DNA of 64,000 bases from Solirubrobacteraceae bacterium (GCA_036510915.1 DATCDC010000027.1:457-64456), one strand, 5' to 3'; positions 46,074-55,253 are shown, counted from the stretch's first letter. Numbers and translations: made by a program. The notes: generated by a model not told the origin, from the sequence alone.

Positions 46074-48338
46074 ATGACGACGACGGCGCTGCGCACGTGC
46101 CCACTCTGCGAGGCCACCTGCGGCCTCGAGCTGACGATCGAGGACGGGCGGGTGACGAAGGTCCGGGGCGATGCGGGCGACGTCTTCAGCAAGGGGTTCA
46201 TCTGCCCGAAGGGGGCGAGCCTGAACGAGCTGCACGACGACCCGGATCGGCTGCGCTCGCCGATGCGCCGCCGCGCCGACGGCACGTTCGAGGCCGTCTC
46301 CTGGGAGGAGGCGTTCACCGAGATCGACGAGCGCCTGCGCGCGGTCGACGCCGCCCATGGCCGCCAGGCGTTCGCGGCGTATCTCGGGAACCCGACGGCG
46401 CACTCGCTGGGCGGCCTGCTCTACGGCCGCGCGCTGCTGAAGGCGCTGGGCACGCGCAACATCTACTCGGCGAGCACCGTCGATCAGTTCCCCAAGCAGC
46501 TGGCGTCCGCACTGATGTTCGGCACGGGCCTGAGCGTGGCGATCCCCGACCTCGACCGCACCGATCACCTGCTGGTCCTCGGCGCCGACCCGATGGTCTC
46601 CAACGGCTCGCTGATGACCGCGCCGGACGTGCGCGGGCGCCTGCGCGCGATCCGCGCCCGCGGCGGGAAGGTCGTCGTCGTCGACCCGCGCCGCTCGCGG
46701 ACCGCGGGCGAGGCCGACGAGCACCACTTCGTCCGTCCCGGCAGCGACGCGCTGCTGCTGTTCGCGATGGTCAACGTCCTGTTCGCCGAGGGCCTCGCCG
46801 ACCCGGGCGCGCACCTCGCGCCGCACCTCGCGGGGCTCGACGAGGTCCGCGCGCTCGCCGCGCCGTTCACGCCGGAGGCCGTCGCGCCGGCGACCGGGAT
46901 CGCCGCCGCGGAGATCCGCCGCATGGCGCGCGAGCTTGCCGCGGCGCCGACGGCCGCCGTCTACGGGCGGATCGGCACGACGACGCAGAGCTTCGGCACC
47001 GCGACCAGCTGGCTGATCGACGTGCTCAACGTCCTCACCGGCAACCTCGACCGCCCCGGCGGCGCGATGTTCAACCGGCCGGCGGCCGGATCGGGCAACA
47101 CGCAGGGCGAGCCGGGGCGCGGGCGCGGGACCGCGATCCACCGCTGGAGCTCGCGCGTCAGCGGGCGCGGCGAGGTCTTCGGCGAGCTCCCCGTCGCGTG
47201 CCTGACGGAGGAGATCACGACGCCGGGCGAGGGCCAGGTCCGCGCGCTCTTCACGATCGCGGGCAACCCGGTGCTGTCGACGCCCAACGGCGACCGGCTC
47301 GCCGAGGCGCTCGACGCGCTCGACCTCATGGTCTGCGTCGACATCTACCTCAACGAGACCACGCGCCACGCCCACGTGATCCTCCCCGTGCCCTCGACCC
47401 TCGAGCGCGCGCACTACGACGTCGCGCTCTACCCCTTCGCGATCCGCAACATCGCGAACTGGTCACCGCCCGTCTTCGACCTCCCGGCCGGCGCGCTGGA
47501 CGAGTGGGAGATCCTCGCGAAGCTGGCGGCGATCGCCGGCGGCGCCGGGCCGGATGCCGAGGTCGCCGTGATCGACGACGTCATCGCCGGCGAGGCGGTG
47601 CGGCGCGCGGTGCGCACCGCGGCGTCCCCGGTCACCGGGCGCGACCCCGACGAGCTGCTCGCCGAGCTCGCGCCGCGCGTGGGCCCGGCGCGGCTCGTCG
47701 ACCTGATGCTGCGGATCGGGCCCTACGGCGACGGCTTCGGCGCGAACCCGGGCGGCCTGTCGCTCGCGACGCTCGAGGCGGCGCCCCACGGCGTCGACCT
47801 CGGCGCGCTGGAGCCGCGGATCCCCGAGGTGCTGCGCACCGAGAGCGGGAAGATCGAGCTCGCGCCCGAGCCGCTCGTCGCCGAAGCCGAGCGCCTGGTC
47901 GCCGCGCTCGCCGCCGCGGTGCCCGCCGGCGACGGCATGCTGCTGATCGGCCGCCGGCAGCTGCGGTCGAACAACTCGTGGATGCACAACATCCCGAAGC
48001 TCGTCTCGGGCCCGGAGGGCTGCACCGTGCTCGTCCACCCCGACGACGCCGAGCGGCTCGGCCTGGCCGACGGCGAGCCGGCGGTCGTCTCGACCGCGCG
48101 CGGCGAGATCCGGCTGACCGCGCAGGTGACCGACGACATGATGCCCGGCGTCGTCTCGGTCCCCCACGGCTGGGGCCACGACCTCGACGGCGCCCAGCTC
48201 GACGTCGCCCGCGCGCACGCGGGCGCCAACGTCAACGTCCTGGGCGACTCCGGCGAGCTCGAGCCGCTGACCGGGACGGCCGTGCTGAACGCGATCCCGG
48301 TCGAGCTCGCACCGGCGCGCCAGCCGGCGCCTGCCTGA
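46074..48338 (+). CDS. molybdopterin-dependent oxidoreductase (MopB superfamily, formate-dehydrogenase-like)
   Basis: N-terminal 4Fe-4S motif CPLCEATCG...C (FICPKG), molybdopterin-binding domains and a C-terminal MopB_CT-like barrel. Confidence 0.88.
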   Translation: MTTTALRTCPLCEATCGLELTIEDGRVTKVRGDAGDVFSKGFICPKGASLNELHDDPDRLRSPMRRRADGTFEAVSWEEAFTEIDERLRAVDAAHGRQAFAAYLGNPTAHSLGGLLYGRALLKALGTRNIYSASTVDQFPKQLASALMFGTGLSVAIPDLDRTDHLLVLGADPMVSNGSLMTAPDVRGRLRAIRARGGKVVVVDPRRSRTAGEADEHHFVRPGSDALLLFAMVNVLFAEGLADPGAHLAPHLAGLDEVRALAAPFTPEAVAPATGIAAAEIRRMARELAAAPTAAVYGRIGTTTQSFGTATSWLIDVLNVLTGNLDRPGGAMFNRPAAGSGNTQGEPGRGRGTAIHRWSSRVSGRGEVFGELPVACLTEEITTPGEGQVRALFTIAGNPVLSTPNGDRLAEALDALDLMVCVDIYLNETTRHAHVILPVPSTLERAHYDVALYPFAIRNIANWSPPVFDLPAGALDEWEILAKLAAIAGGAGPDAEVAVIDDVIAGEAVRRAVRTAASPVTGRDPDELLAELAPRVGPARLVDLMLRIGPYGDGFGANPGGLSLATLEAAPHGVDLGALEPRIPEVLRTESGKIELAPEPLVAEAERLVAALAAAVPAGDGMLLIGRRQLRSNNSWMHNIPKLVSGPEGCTVLVHPDDAERLGLADGEPAVVSTARGEIRLTAQVTDDMMPGVVSVPHGWGHDLDGAQLDVARAHAGANVNVLGDSGELEPLTGTAVLNAIPVELAPARQPAPA

Positions 48339-50447
48339 TCAGTAACTCCAGTCCTGTGTGTGACAGCCGCGGTCGACCGGGCAGACCTCGGTCAGCCTGC
48401 CGGTCGGCTGCAGGAAGTCGGACTTCTGCCGGCGCGCGGCGACGGTGTTGCGGACGAGCTCGTGCGGGTCGTTGCCGGTGCGCGGCGGGAGGTTGCCGAG
48501 CGGCGGGACGTCCGTGCCGAGCGCGCCGCCGTCGCGGATGGGGCCGCTGTCCCACATGACGATCGCCGAGCCGACGGTCAGGCCGCCGGCGGGCGTGATC
48601 CCGTAGAGCGGGATCTTGTCGAACGTGCGGCCGGGGTCGTAGCCCGGGAGGCGCGCGGCGGCGCCCGCGGTGTGGCCGTCGCCGATCGTGCGCGCCTCGT
48701 TCTCGGCGGTGATCTGCGCCACCTGGTGGTCGCCGACCGCCACGTCGAGCAGCACGCTGTGCAGCGGCGTGCTCTCCGGCGGTGAGCCGGTCATGTGGGC
48801 GGCCCAGCCGTCGGCCTCCCCGCGATCCCACAGGCTCTGGATGACCGTCAGGATCAGCATGCGGTCGAAGCGGTCGGGGTAGGCGGGCACGAAGAACGCG
48901 TTGTAGGCGTCGAAGTCGACGCTGCGGGGCAGCAGCAGGCTGTAGTTCATCCCGGGCACGCCGAGCACCGCGCGCCGGAAGTCGGGCGCGATCGCCGTGA
49001 GCGCGCCGCCGAAGATCCCGCCCTGGCTGTTGCCGTCGTAGTACAGGTTCGAGGTGTCGATCAGGGGGGCGCCCGTGGGGCCCTGGAAGGCGGCCTGGCC
49101 GGCGAGGCCCTGCGGGTGGATCATCAGGCGCCCGAGCAGCAGGCCGTTGAGCAGGCCCTGCTGCAGGCGGTCGGCCAGTGACGGGAAGCCGGAGAAGTTC
49201 TTCAGGATCGAGATCGCGTTCGGCACGTCCTCGTCGGCCATGCCGATCTCACGTGTGGCGCAGTAGACGAAGTCGTGCTCCTGGGCCATCGCCTGGACGT
49301 TGCCGGCCATGACCTCGTCGGGGCTGCCGAGCAGCCCGTGCCCGTAGAGGCTGAGCCGCGCCGGGGCGGTGAGCGCCGCGCGCGGGATCACGCAGTAGAA
49401 CTGCGCCTTCATCGTGTTCCCCTTGATGCGCTGGGGGATCCAGCTGAAGGCCGTGGGCTTCGTCTTGCGGAAGGCGAACCGCGAGCCGGGCGGGCAGCCC
49501 GGCCTGTCCAGGTAGCAGGGCGCGATCATCGTCCCGACGACCTCGCGTGCGAGCTTGTCGTTCTGGCCGTCCTTGCACCCGTCGGCGTCGCACGGCGCGA
49601 AGTCCGTGACGGTGTCGATGTGGAACGCCGGCGCGCGGCCGGCGACCTTGCCGTCGACGAGGTTGTCGTCCCCGAGGCCCGCGAACGCGTTGTCGCGGAT
49701 CGCGAGCGTGCGCTCCTCGATGTTGCGCTCGCTGGCGACGGTGAAGTCCCAGGCGAGGTAGAGCGACGAGCGCTTGATCTTGGCCTTGCGTTCGAGCGTC
49801 GAGAAGATCCGGGCGAAGTGCGCGCGGCGCAGCGCGAGCTTCGGGTCGCTGGTCTTCAGGTTGTCGCGCAGCGCCCTGAACGCGGGGCCGGGCTGGATGA
49901 TCGAGCCGTTCGCCCTGCGCAGGTTGCTCAGCGCGACGATGTAGCGGTGACCCTCGGTGAAGTTCCTGGCCGGGTGGATCATGAGGATCCGGTCCCTGGC
50001 CGTCTTCGCCCCGGAGTCGAGCTCGGCCCAGACGAGCTGACGCTTGCCGGTCGCCGCGTCGATGACGGCGATCGGCTGGCCCGGGTCGAGGCTCTGGCGC
50101 AGGTCGTTGATCGGGACCGCGCCCGTCTTCTTCAGGTCGATCCCCGGGACGTCGGTGAGGATGCCGCTGCCCGGGCTGAAGCCGTCGCTGTGGTCCAGGT
50201 CGGTCGTGTCGATCTGCTGGCCCTGCCGGTTCGCCGGCAGCTGCGCGGGACGCAGGTTCAGCCGCCGGCCGGTGTCGCTGCGCCTGTCCGGGACGGTGAA
50301 GTGGTCGTTGGGGTAGGGCAGCAGGCAGGCACGCGGATCGATCGGGTCGCAGCCGCGCGGCGGCGCGGTCTTCGCGACGGCGGGGGCGACGGCGGTCAGC
50401 GCCATGACGATGGCGCCGAGGACAACGGCGCGGCTGGGCCTGCTCAC
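48339..50447 (-). CDS. secreted 702-aa protein with alpha/beta-hydrolase-like C-terminal half, function unknown
   Basis: Signal peptide MSRPSRAVVLGAIVMALTAVAPAVA. GNSQGG (GxSxG) nucleophile elbow and several Cys pairs. No named family recognised. Confidence 0.75.
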   Translation of the reverse strand: MSRPSRAVVLGAIVMALTAVAPAVAKTAPPRGCDPIDPRACLLPYPNDHFTVPDRRSDTGRRLNLRPAQLPANRQGQQIDTTDLDHSDGFSPGSGILTDVPGIDLKKTGAVPINDLRQSLDPGQPIAVIDAATGKRQLVWAELDSGAKTARDRILMIHPARNFTEGHRYIVALSNLRRANGSIIQPGPAFRALRDNLKTSDPKLALRRAHFARIFSTLERKAKIKRSSLYLAWDFTVASERNIEERTLAIRDNAFAGLGDDNLVDGKVAGRAPAFHIDTVTDFAPCDADGCKDGQNDKLAREVVGTMIAPCYLDRPGCPPGSRFAFRKTKPTAFSWIPQRIKGNTMKAQFYCVIPRAALTAPARLSLYGHGLLGSPDEVMAGNVQAMAQEHDFVYCATREIGMADEDVPNAISILKNFSGFPSLADRLQQGLLNGLLLGRLMIHPQGLAGQAAFQGPTGAPLIDTSNLYYDGNSQGGIFGGALTAIAPDFRRAVLGVPGMNYSLLLPRSVDFDAYNAFFVPAYPDRFDRMLILTVIQSLWDRGEADGWAAHMTGSPPESTPLHSVLLDVAVGDHQVAQITAENEARTIGDGHTAGAAARLPGYDPGRTFDKIPLYGITPAGGLTVGSAIVMWDSGPIRDGGALGTDVPPLGNLPPRTGNDPHELVRNTVAARRQKSDFLQPTGRLTEVCPVDRGCHTQDWSY

Positions 50448-50552
50448 GGGTGATCTCCTCAGGAACGTCCGTGGGTGCGCGTTCCTACGACCCCCGGGAT
50501 GCGCGAAGGTAGCACGGGTCCGGCGCCCGCCGCGCCACCTGGACGGGGCCTC

Positions 50553-50966
50553 TCATCCGGCCGCGAAGGGGCTCAGCGCCTCGCGGACCGGCGCCGGGAT
50601 CGGGGTCTTCGTCCAGGCCTGAGCGTCGACGAACACGTGGCGCAGCTCGCCCTCCACGAGCAGCTCCCCGTCGCGCCGCACGCGCATCCGCGTCGTCATG
50701 CCGGTCGTGCCCAGGCGGATGATCCCCGCCTCGACGTCGATGAGGTCGTCGAAGCGCGCCGAGCCCAGGTATCGCGCGGTCGCCTCGGCGACGACCATGT
50801 CGATGCCGTGGTCGGCGATCATCGTCGCGTAGGAACGGTCGAACGCCGCGCGCCAGAGCTCGGTGATCGCGATGTCGAAGTAGGCGAAGTACTGCGCGTT
50901 GAAGACGATCGCCTGCGGGTCGCACTCGTGGTAGCGCACGCGCAGGGCGTGGGTGAACGGGGGCAT
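50553..50966 (-). CDS. acyl-CoA thioesterase (YbgC/4HBT hot-dog fold)
   Basis: RVRYHECDPQAIVFNAQYFAYFD is typical of 4HBT class II thioesterases. Confidence 0.85.
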   Translation of the reverse strand: MPPFTHALRVRYHECDPQAIVFNAQYFAYFDIAITELWRAAFDRSYATMIADHGIDMVVAEATARYLGSARFDDLIDVEAGIIRLGTTGMTTRMRVRRDGELLVEGELRHVFVDAQAWTKTPIPAPVREALSPFAAG

Positions 50967-50987
50967 GCGGCGGCAGTCTGCCGGTTC

Positions 50988-52256
50988 TCAGGCCACGAGT
51001 CGCACGAGCGGGCCTCCTCCGCCCGCGCCGAGCCCGCCGCCGCGGGCCAGCGCGACGATCCGCTGCACGTAGGACTGCGTCTCGGCGATCGCCGGCACGC
51101 ACCAGCACGAGGCGACCGCTCCCGGGCCCGCGTTGTAGGCGGCGAGCGCGAGCGGCACCGAGCCGAAGCGCCGCAGCAGGTCGTGCATGAGATGCGCCTG
51201 GGCGTCGATCGCGGCGACCGGATCGAACGGGTCCGCGAGCCCGTACGTCCGCGCCGTCGCGGGCATGAACTGCGCGATCCCGAGCGCTCCCGCCGCCGAC
51301 CGCGCATGCGGATCGAAGCCCGACTCCTGTTGCAGCTGTGCGGCGAGCAGCGCCGCGCCGACGGCCCAGCGGCTCGACGCGGTCCGCAGCGGCGCCGCGA
51401 ACGCCGCCGGCACGTACCCCGGCACGGCGCTCGCCGCCCCCCGGCCGGCCGGCGCGAACCCGACGGACGCGCTGCCGGGGTCGCGCACGTAGCCGAGGTG
51501 CCACGGCTCCCATGGGTACCGGCGCAGGAACCCGTAGGCACGGGCGTGGGCCAGCAGCCACCCGTAGGCGAGCGCCGGGCCGAGGTCGAGCTCGGTCGCG
51601 AGGCGGTGCAGCGACGTGCCCGGCGGCGCCACCCATCTCGGGTCCGGGTGCGCCGCGAACAGCCGCGCCTGCTCGGCGTTCGAGCGGAAGGCGCTCACGA
51701 CCACCAGCCCGAGCCCGGCGCGCCGTGCCGCCGCCGCGAGCCGGTCGAACGCGAGCGCCACATCGGGGCGCATCGGGCGGCCCTGGCGATACGCGAACGG
51801 CCCGCGGTACTCGCCGTCGCCGATCGGCGCCGCGGCGATCGCCGACAGCTCGGCCTCGGCGCTCGCCCGGTCGCCGATCGCGCCGGCGCCCGGCACGGCG
51901 AGCACGCCGCGCACCTCGACGCGCACGCGCTCGGGCAGCGCACCGGCCACGAACGCGACCTGCACGTCGACCGCGCCGTTGCGCGCCGCGGTGCGCTCGG
52001 CCACGGCGCGCGCGAGCGCCAGGTAGGCGGCCGTGCTGAGCCTGCGCGATCCGCGATCGAGGACCCGCGGGCGCGCGTCGAGCAGCGCCCGCGCGCCGGC
52101 GAGCGCGGCGAGGTCGGCGGCGCGCTGGCGCGCGCCGTGCGCCGCGATGCCCGCGGCGACCCAGCCGAGCGCGAGCGCGCCGGCGAGGACGGCGGCCAGG
52201 CCGCCGACGAGCAGCAGCAGCGCCTGCCCCCGCTCGCGGGGCCTTCCGCCGCTCAC
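50988..52256 (-). CDS. TadG-like N-terminal anchor fused to an M15 (VanY-type) peptidase and an SLT lytic transglycosylase domain
   Basis: GTG 52256 (GTGA overlap with the upstream ORF). N-terminus RERGQALLLLVGGLAAVLAGALALGWV...QRAADLAALAGA (Tad_N-like). SAFRSNAEQARLF...PGTSLHRLATELD...EPWH (M15). QQESGFDPHARSAAGALGIAQFMPATA (SLT). Confidence 0.75.
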   Translation of the reverse strand: MSGGRPRERGQALLLLVGGLAAVLAGALALGWVAAGIAAHGARQRAADLAALAGARALLDARPRVLDRGSRRLSTAAYLALARAVAERTAARNGAVDVQVAFVAGALPERVRVEVRGVLAVPGAGAIGDRASAEAELSAIAAAPIGDGEYRGPFAYRQGRPMRPDVALAFDRLAAAARRAGLGLVVVSAFRSNAEQARLFAAHPDPRWVAPPGTSLHRLATELDLGPALAYGWLLAHARAYGFLRRYPWEPWHLGYVRDPGSASVGFAPAGRGAASAVPGYVPAAFAAPLRTASSRWAVGAALLAAQLQQESGFDPHARSAAGALGIAQFMPATARTYGLADPFDPVAAIDAQAHLMHDLLRRFGSVPLALAAYNAGPGAVASCWCVPAIAETQSYVQRIVALARGGGLGAGGGGPLVRLVA

Positions 52257-52822
52257 GCCAGGCCCTCCAGGAGCGGCCCCAGCCTGCGGCGCAGCGGCGC
52301 CGGCGCGAGCAGGCCGCTGCGCACGAGCAGCGCGGCGCCCGGCGGCGCAGGCGGCAGGCAGTGCGGCGCGAACCCCCCGTCCACGAGCCCGTCGAGCGCG
52401 AGCGCCGCCAGCGGAGCGTCGGGGTCGCTCACGAGCGCCACGCGCGGGACGGCGTCGAGCAGGCGCTCGAACGCCTCCTCGCGCACGCCGGCCATCGCGA
52501 GCACGCACGGCACGCCCAGCGCCCCCGCGACGCGCTCGGCCGCGGCGCCCGCCGCCACGTCGTCCTCCGGCAGCAGCACGCGCACGAGCCGCCCGCGCGC
52601 TGCGGACTCGACGCCGAGCGCCGCCACCCGCGCCGCCATCGCGGCCGCCGCACCACGCGCCGGCGAGGGTGCGGCCAGCGCAGCCGCCGGCCCGCCCTGC
52701 CGGCACGCCCACCACAGGACGACGCCGGCACCGGCCTCGCGACCGAGCATCAGCGCCGCCGCGGCCGCCCACGGCTCGACGGCCGGCCGGCGGCCCAGCA
52801 GCGCACAGGCGATCAGGCTCAC
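52253..52822 (-). CDS. hypothetical protein (189 aa) inside the Tad-like operon
   Basis: 4-nt overlaps at both ends support translation. Ala-rich, no recognisable motif. Confidence 0.45.
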   Translation of the reverse strand: MSLIACALLGRRPAVEPWAAAAALMLGREAGAGVVLWWACRQGGPAAALAAPSPARGAAAAMAARVAALGVESAARGRLVRVLLPEDDVAAGAAAERVAGALGVPCVLAMAGVREEAFERLLDAVPRVALVSDPDAPLAALALDGLVDGGFAPHCLPPAPPGAALLVRSGLLAPAPLRRRLGPLLEGLA

Positions 52823-53154
52823 GCCGGCGGTCCGGCGTCGGCGACCACGACCGTGCGCAGCCGGCCGGCGAGGCCCGGGAGCAGCGACGGCGGGCGCAGC
52901 TCGACGCGGACGACCCGTCCGCGCACGCGCACCGACAGGCGCGCGCGCGACCAGCCCGGCAGGGCCGCCCGCGCCGCCGCCGCGGCGTCACGGTCCTGCA
53001 GCAGCGCTGCGGCACCCGCCCCGGCCGCGTTCCCGGCGAGCTCCCGGCAGGCCCCCGCTGCCAGCAGCTGCGCGACGACGAGCGCGACGAGCAGCACGAG
53101 CGGCGCGACGGCCAGCAGCTCGATCGTGGCCTGTCCGCGCACGCTTCGCATCAC
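52819..53154 (-). CDS. TadE-like pseudopilin
   Basis: MMRSVRGQATIELLAVAPLVLLVALVVAQLL, a G-x4-E prepilin-like N-terminus plus hydrophobic helix. 4-nt overlap with the upstream ORF. Confidence 0.65.
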   Translation of the reverse strand: MMRSVRGQATIELLAVAPLVLLVALVVAQLLAAGACRELAGNAAGAGAAALLQDRDAAAAARAALPGWSRARLSVRVRGRVVRVELRPPSLLPGLAGRLRTVVVADAGPPA

Positions 53155-53495
53155 TCCGCCCCCGCGGGCCCGGCGACCGCGCGGACGCTGCCCAGGCGCG
53201 CGCCGCCGACCACGGCGCGGATCGGGAGCAGCACCTCGATCCGCCCGTCGGCGCGCCGGGTCACGCGCGCCGCTTCGCCGAGCCCGCCCGGCAGCGCGGT
53301 GCGGGCGGCGCGTCGCGGGTCGCGTCCGACGAGGCCGGCGCGGGCGCCGGCGCGGGCGGCGGAGGCGGCCAGCGCATGCTCCTGTCCGGCCACGACGCCC
53401 TGCCAGGCGGCGAGCGCGAGCGCGGCGATCAGCGGGAGCAGCGCGACGAGTTCGACGCTCGCCTGGCCCGCCTCTCCCGTCCCGGCTCGATCCAT
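53151..53495 (-). CDS. TadE-like pseudopilin
   Basis: MDRAGTGEAGQASVELVALLPLIAALALAAWQGVV. ATG 53495 preferred over the track start 53531. Confidence 0.6.
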   Translation of the reverse strand: MDRAGTGEAGQASVELVALLPLIAALALAAWQGVVAGQEHALAASAARAGARAGLVGRDPRRAARTALPGGLGEAARVTRRADGRIEVLLPIRAVVGGARLGSVRAVAGPAGAE

Positions 53496-53561
53496 GCCCG
53501 CAGGCTCGTGCGCGGCGCGTGACGCCGCCACGCCGAGCCTGTCACGAGACTGCGACGCAGC

Positions 53562-54137
53562 TCAGGCGGTCTCGGCGCGCCGGCGGTCGAGCCCGCCGAT
53601 CAGCATCGCCACGAGCGCCGCGAAGGACGCGTCCAGGTCGAGCGGGAGCGCGAACCCCCGGCCGGCCTCGAGCGCGATGAACCCGTGCAGGGCGCTGCGG
53701 ATCACGCGGACGGCGTGCAGCTCGTCATCGGGGCCGAGCTCCCATGGCCGGATCACGGCGACGACGATGCCGACCGGCTCGGCGGCGGCCGCCGCGTGCT
53801 CGGCGTCACCGCCGAGGGGTGCCGCCACCGTCGCCGCGTAGCAGCCGGGATGCTCCGCCGCGTAGGCGCGATAGGCGTGTGCCATCGCCTCCAGCGCCTC
53901 GTCCCCGGAGCGCCCGACGGTCGCGCGCGACAGTGCCGCGGCGAGCCCCGCGATGCCGCGCAGCGACACCTCCCGCAACAGCGCCTCACGACCGTCGACG
54001 TGGTTGTACAGCGACGGCGCGCGGACGCCGAGATCGGCCGCGACGCGCGCCAGCGTGACCCGCTCCAGCCCCTCGTCGTCGGCGATCGCGATCGCCGCGT
54101 CGACGACCTGCTCGCGATCCAGGCCCCGGCGCGGCAC
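53562..54137 (-). CDS. TetR/AcrR family transcriptional regulator
   Basis: HTH region VTLARVAADLGVRAPSLYNHV and a TetR C-terminal domain. Confidence 0.9.
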   Translation of the reverse strand: MPRRGLDREQVVDAAIAIADDEGLERVTLARVAADLGVRAPSLYNHVDGREALLREVSLRGIAGLAAALSRATVGRSGDEALEAMAHAYRAYAAEHPGCYAATVAAPLGGDAEHAAAAAEPVGIVVAVIRPWELGPDDELHAVRVIRSALHGFIALEAGRGFALPLDLDASFAALVAMLIGGLDRRRAETA

Positions 54138-54138
54138 G

Positions 54139-54813
54139 TCAGCTCGCCCGCGCGATCGCCGCGTCCATCGCAGCGCCGGGCTGCTCGACGACGGGCCCGT
54201 GCCCGGGGGCCAGCCGGGCCGGGTCGAGCGCGCGCATCGCGATCGCGCTGTTCAGCGCCGTCGGGCGGTCCCAGGTCGCCATCGCCGCGAGTGGGAACCG
54301 CCAGTTCGTCGCGGAGGTCGTGGCCACCCGGCTGACCGTCGTGTACGTGTCGGCGCAGTAGAGCGTGCCGTCGCGGGCGTCGAGGTACGCGACCTGCCCC
54401 GGCGTGTGGCCCGGTGCGGCGTGCACCTCGAGCGAACCGATGCGGTCGCCGGGGACGACGGTCGCCGTGGGCGCCGTCGTCGCCCCCGGGAAGCTCCCGC
54501 GCAGCTTCGAGGCCGGCTCGCCGGGGTCCAGGGACCTGTCCTTGTGCAGCAGGCGCGCCTCGCGCTCGGAGATCAGCACCTCGACCCCCGGGAGCGCCTC
54601 GGCGAGCGCGTCGAGCGAGCCGATGTGGTCGCCGTGGGCGTGAGTGAGCGCGATCCGCGTGATCGGCGCGCCGAGGCCCTCGGCGGCGCGCAGGATCGCC
54701 GGCGCGCTGCGCGGGAGGTTCGCGTCGACGAGCGTGAGCCCGTCGTCCTCGACCACGAGGTAGGCGTTCATCAGCCCAAAGCGGGTGACGGGGGTGACGG
54801 CGACAGGGGTCAT
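54139..54813 (-). CDS. MBL-fold metallo-hydrolase
   Basis: THAHGDH motif and APGHTPG. ATG 54813 preferred over the track start 54870, which overlaps the palindromic operator candidate. Confidence 0.85.
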   Translation of the reverse strand: MTPVAVTPVTRFGLMNAYLVVEDDGLTLVDANLPRSAPAILRAAEGLGAPITRIALTHAHGDHIGSLDALAEALPGVEVLISEREARLLHKDRSLDPGEPASKLRGSFPGATTAPTATVVPGDRIGSLEVHAAPGHTPGQVAYLDARDGTLYCADTYTTVSRVATTSATNWRFPLAAMATWDRPTALNSAIAMRALDPARLAPGHGPVVEQPGAAMDAAIARAS

Positions 54814-54838
54814 CGTGCGGGCTCCGTTCTCGGTTGGA

Positions 54839-54872
54839 CTATGCAGCATAGTTTTAAGACTAGCATGCATAG
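54839..54872. promoter_or_regulatory. AT-rich palindromes CTATGCaGCATAG and CTAGCATGCATAG (TetR operator/promoter candidate)
   Basis: Two related palindromes 8 bp apart, directly upstream of the MBL-TetR gene pair. This is the only AT-rich patch in the area. Confidence 0.45.
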
Positions 54873-54893
54873 CTCCGCGCCGTCAAGGACGCG

Positions 54894-55253
54894 TCAGAGC
54901 AGCGCGCGGTACTGGCGCCAGACGTACACGAGGGCCAGCACCGCCAGTCCGACGATCGCCGCGAATTCCAGGCCGCCGGCTGCCGTCGCGGTCATCCGCG
55001 AATACCCGGCGAACGCCAGCACCAGCGCCCCGACCGCCGCGTAGCCGAGCGCGCGCACCGGCGCGGGCAGCGTCTCCAGGTCCATGCGGTGGCGGCGATA
55101 GAGGTACGCGGCGCCGAGCGCGAAGACCCCGATGAATGCGAGCGACAGCGTGCGCGAGATGATGCGCGCGGTGTCCCCGCCCCCGGGCAGGAACTGGATC
55201 GCCGCGGCGATCGCCAGGACGATCAGGATGTTGCGGGCGGCGACCACGCCCAC
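54894..55253 (-). CDS. small integral membrane protein (119 aa, about 4 TM)
   Basis: Hydrophobic segments NILIVLAIAAAIQFL, LSLAFIGVFALGAAYL, ALGYAAVGALVLAFAGY and FAAIVGLAVLALVYV. Confidence 0.5.
   Translation of the reverse strand: MGVVAARNILIVLAIAAAIQFLPGGGDTARIISRTLSLAFIGVFALGAAYLYRRHRMDLETLPAPVRALGYAAVGALVLAFAGYSRMTATAAGGLEFAAIVGLAVLALVYVWRQYRALL

Noticed and set aside
48336-48341. Shared palindromic stop codons TGATCA of two convergent genes.
   Set aside because: This is most likely a coincidence of compact genome organisation. It is noted under the secreted-hydrolase finding but is not a feature by itself.
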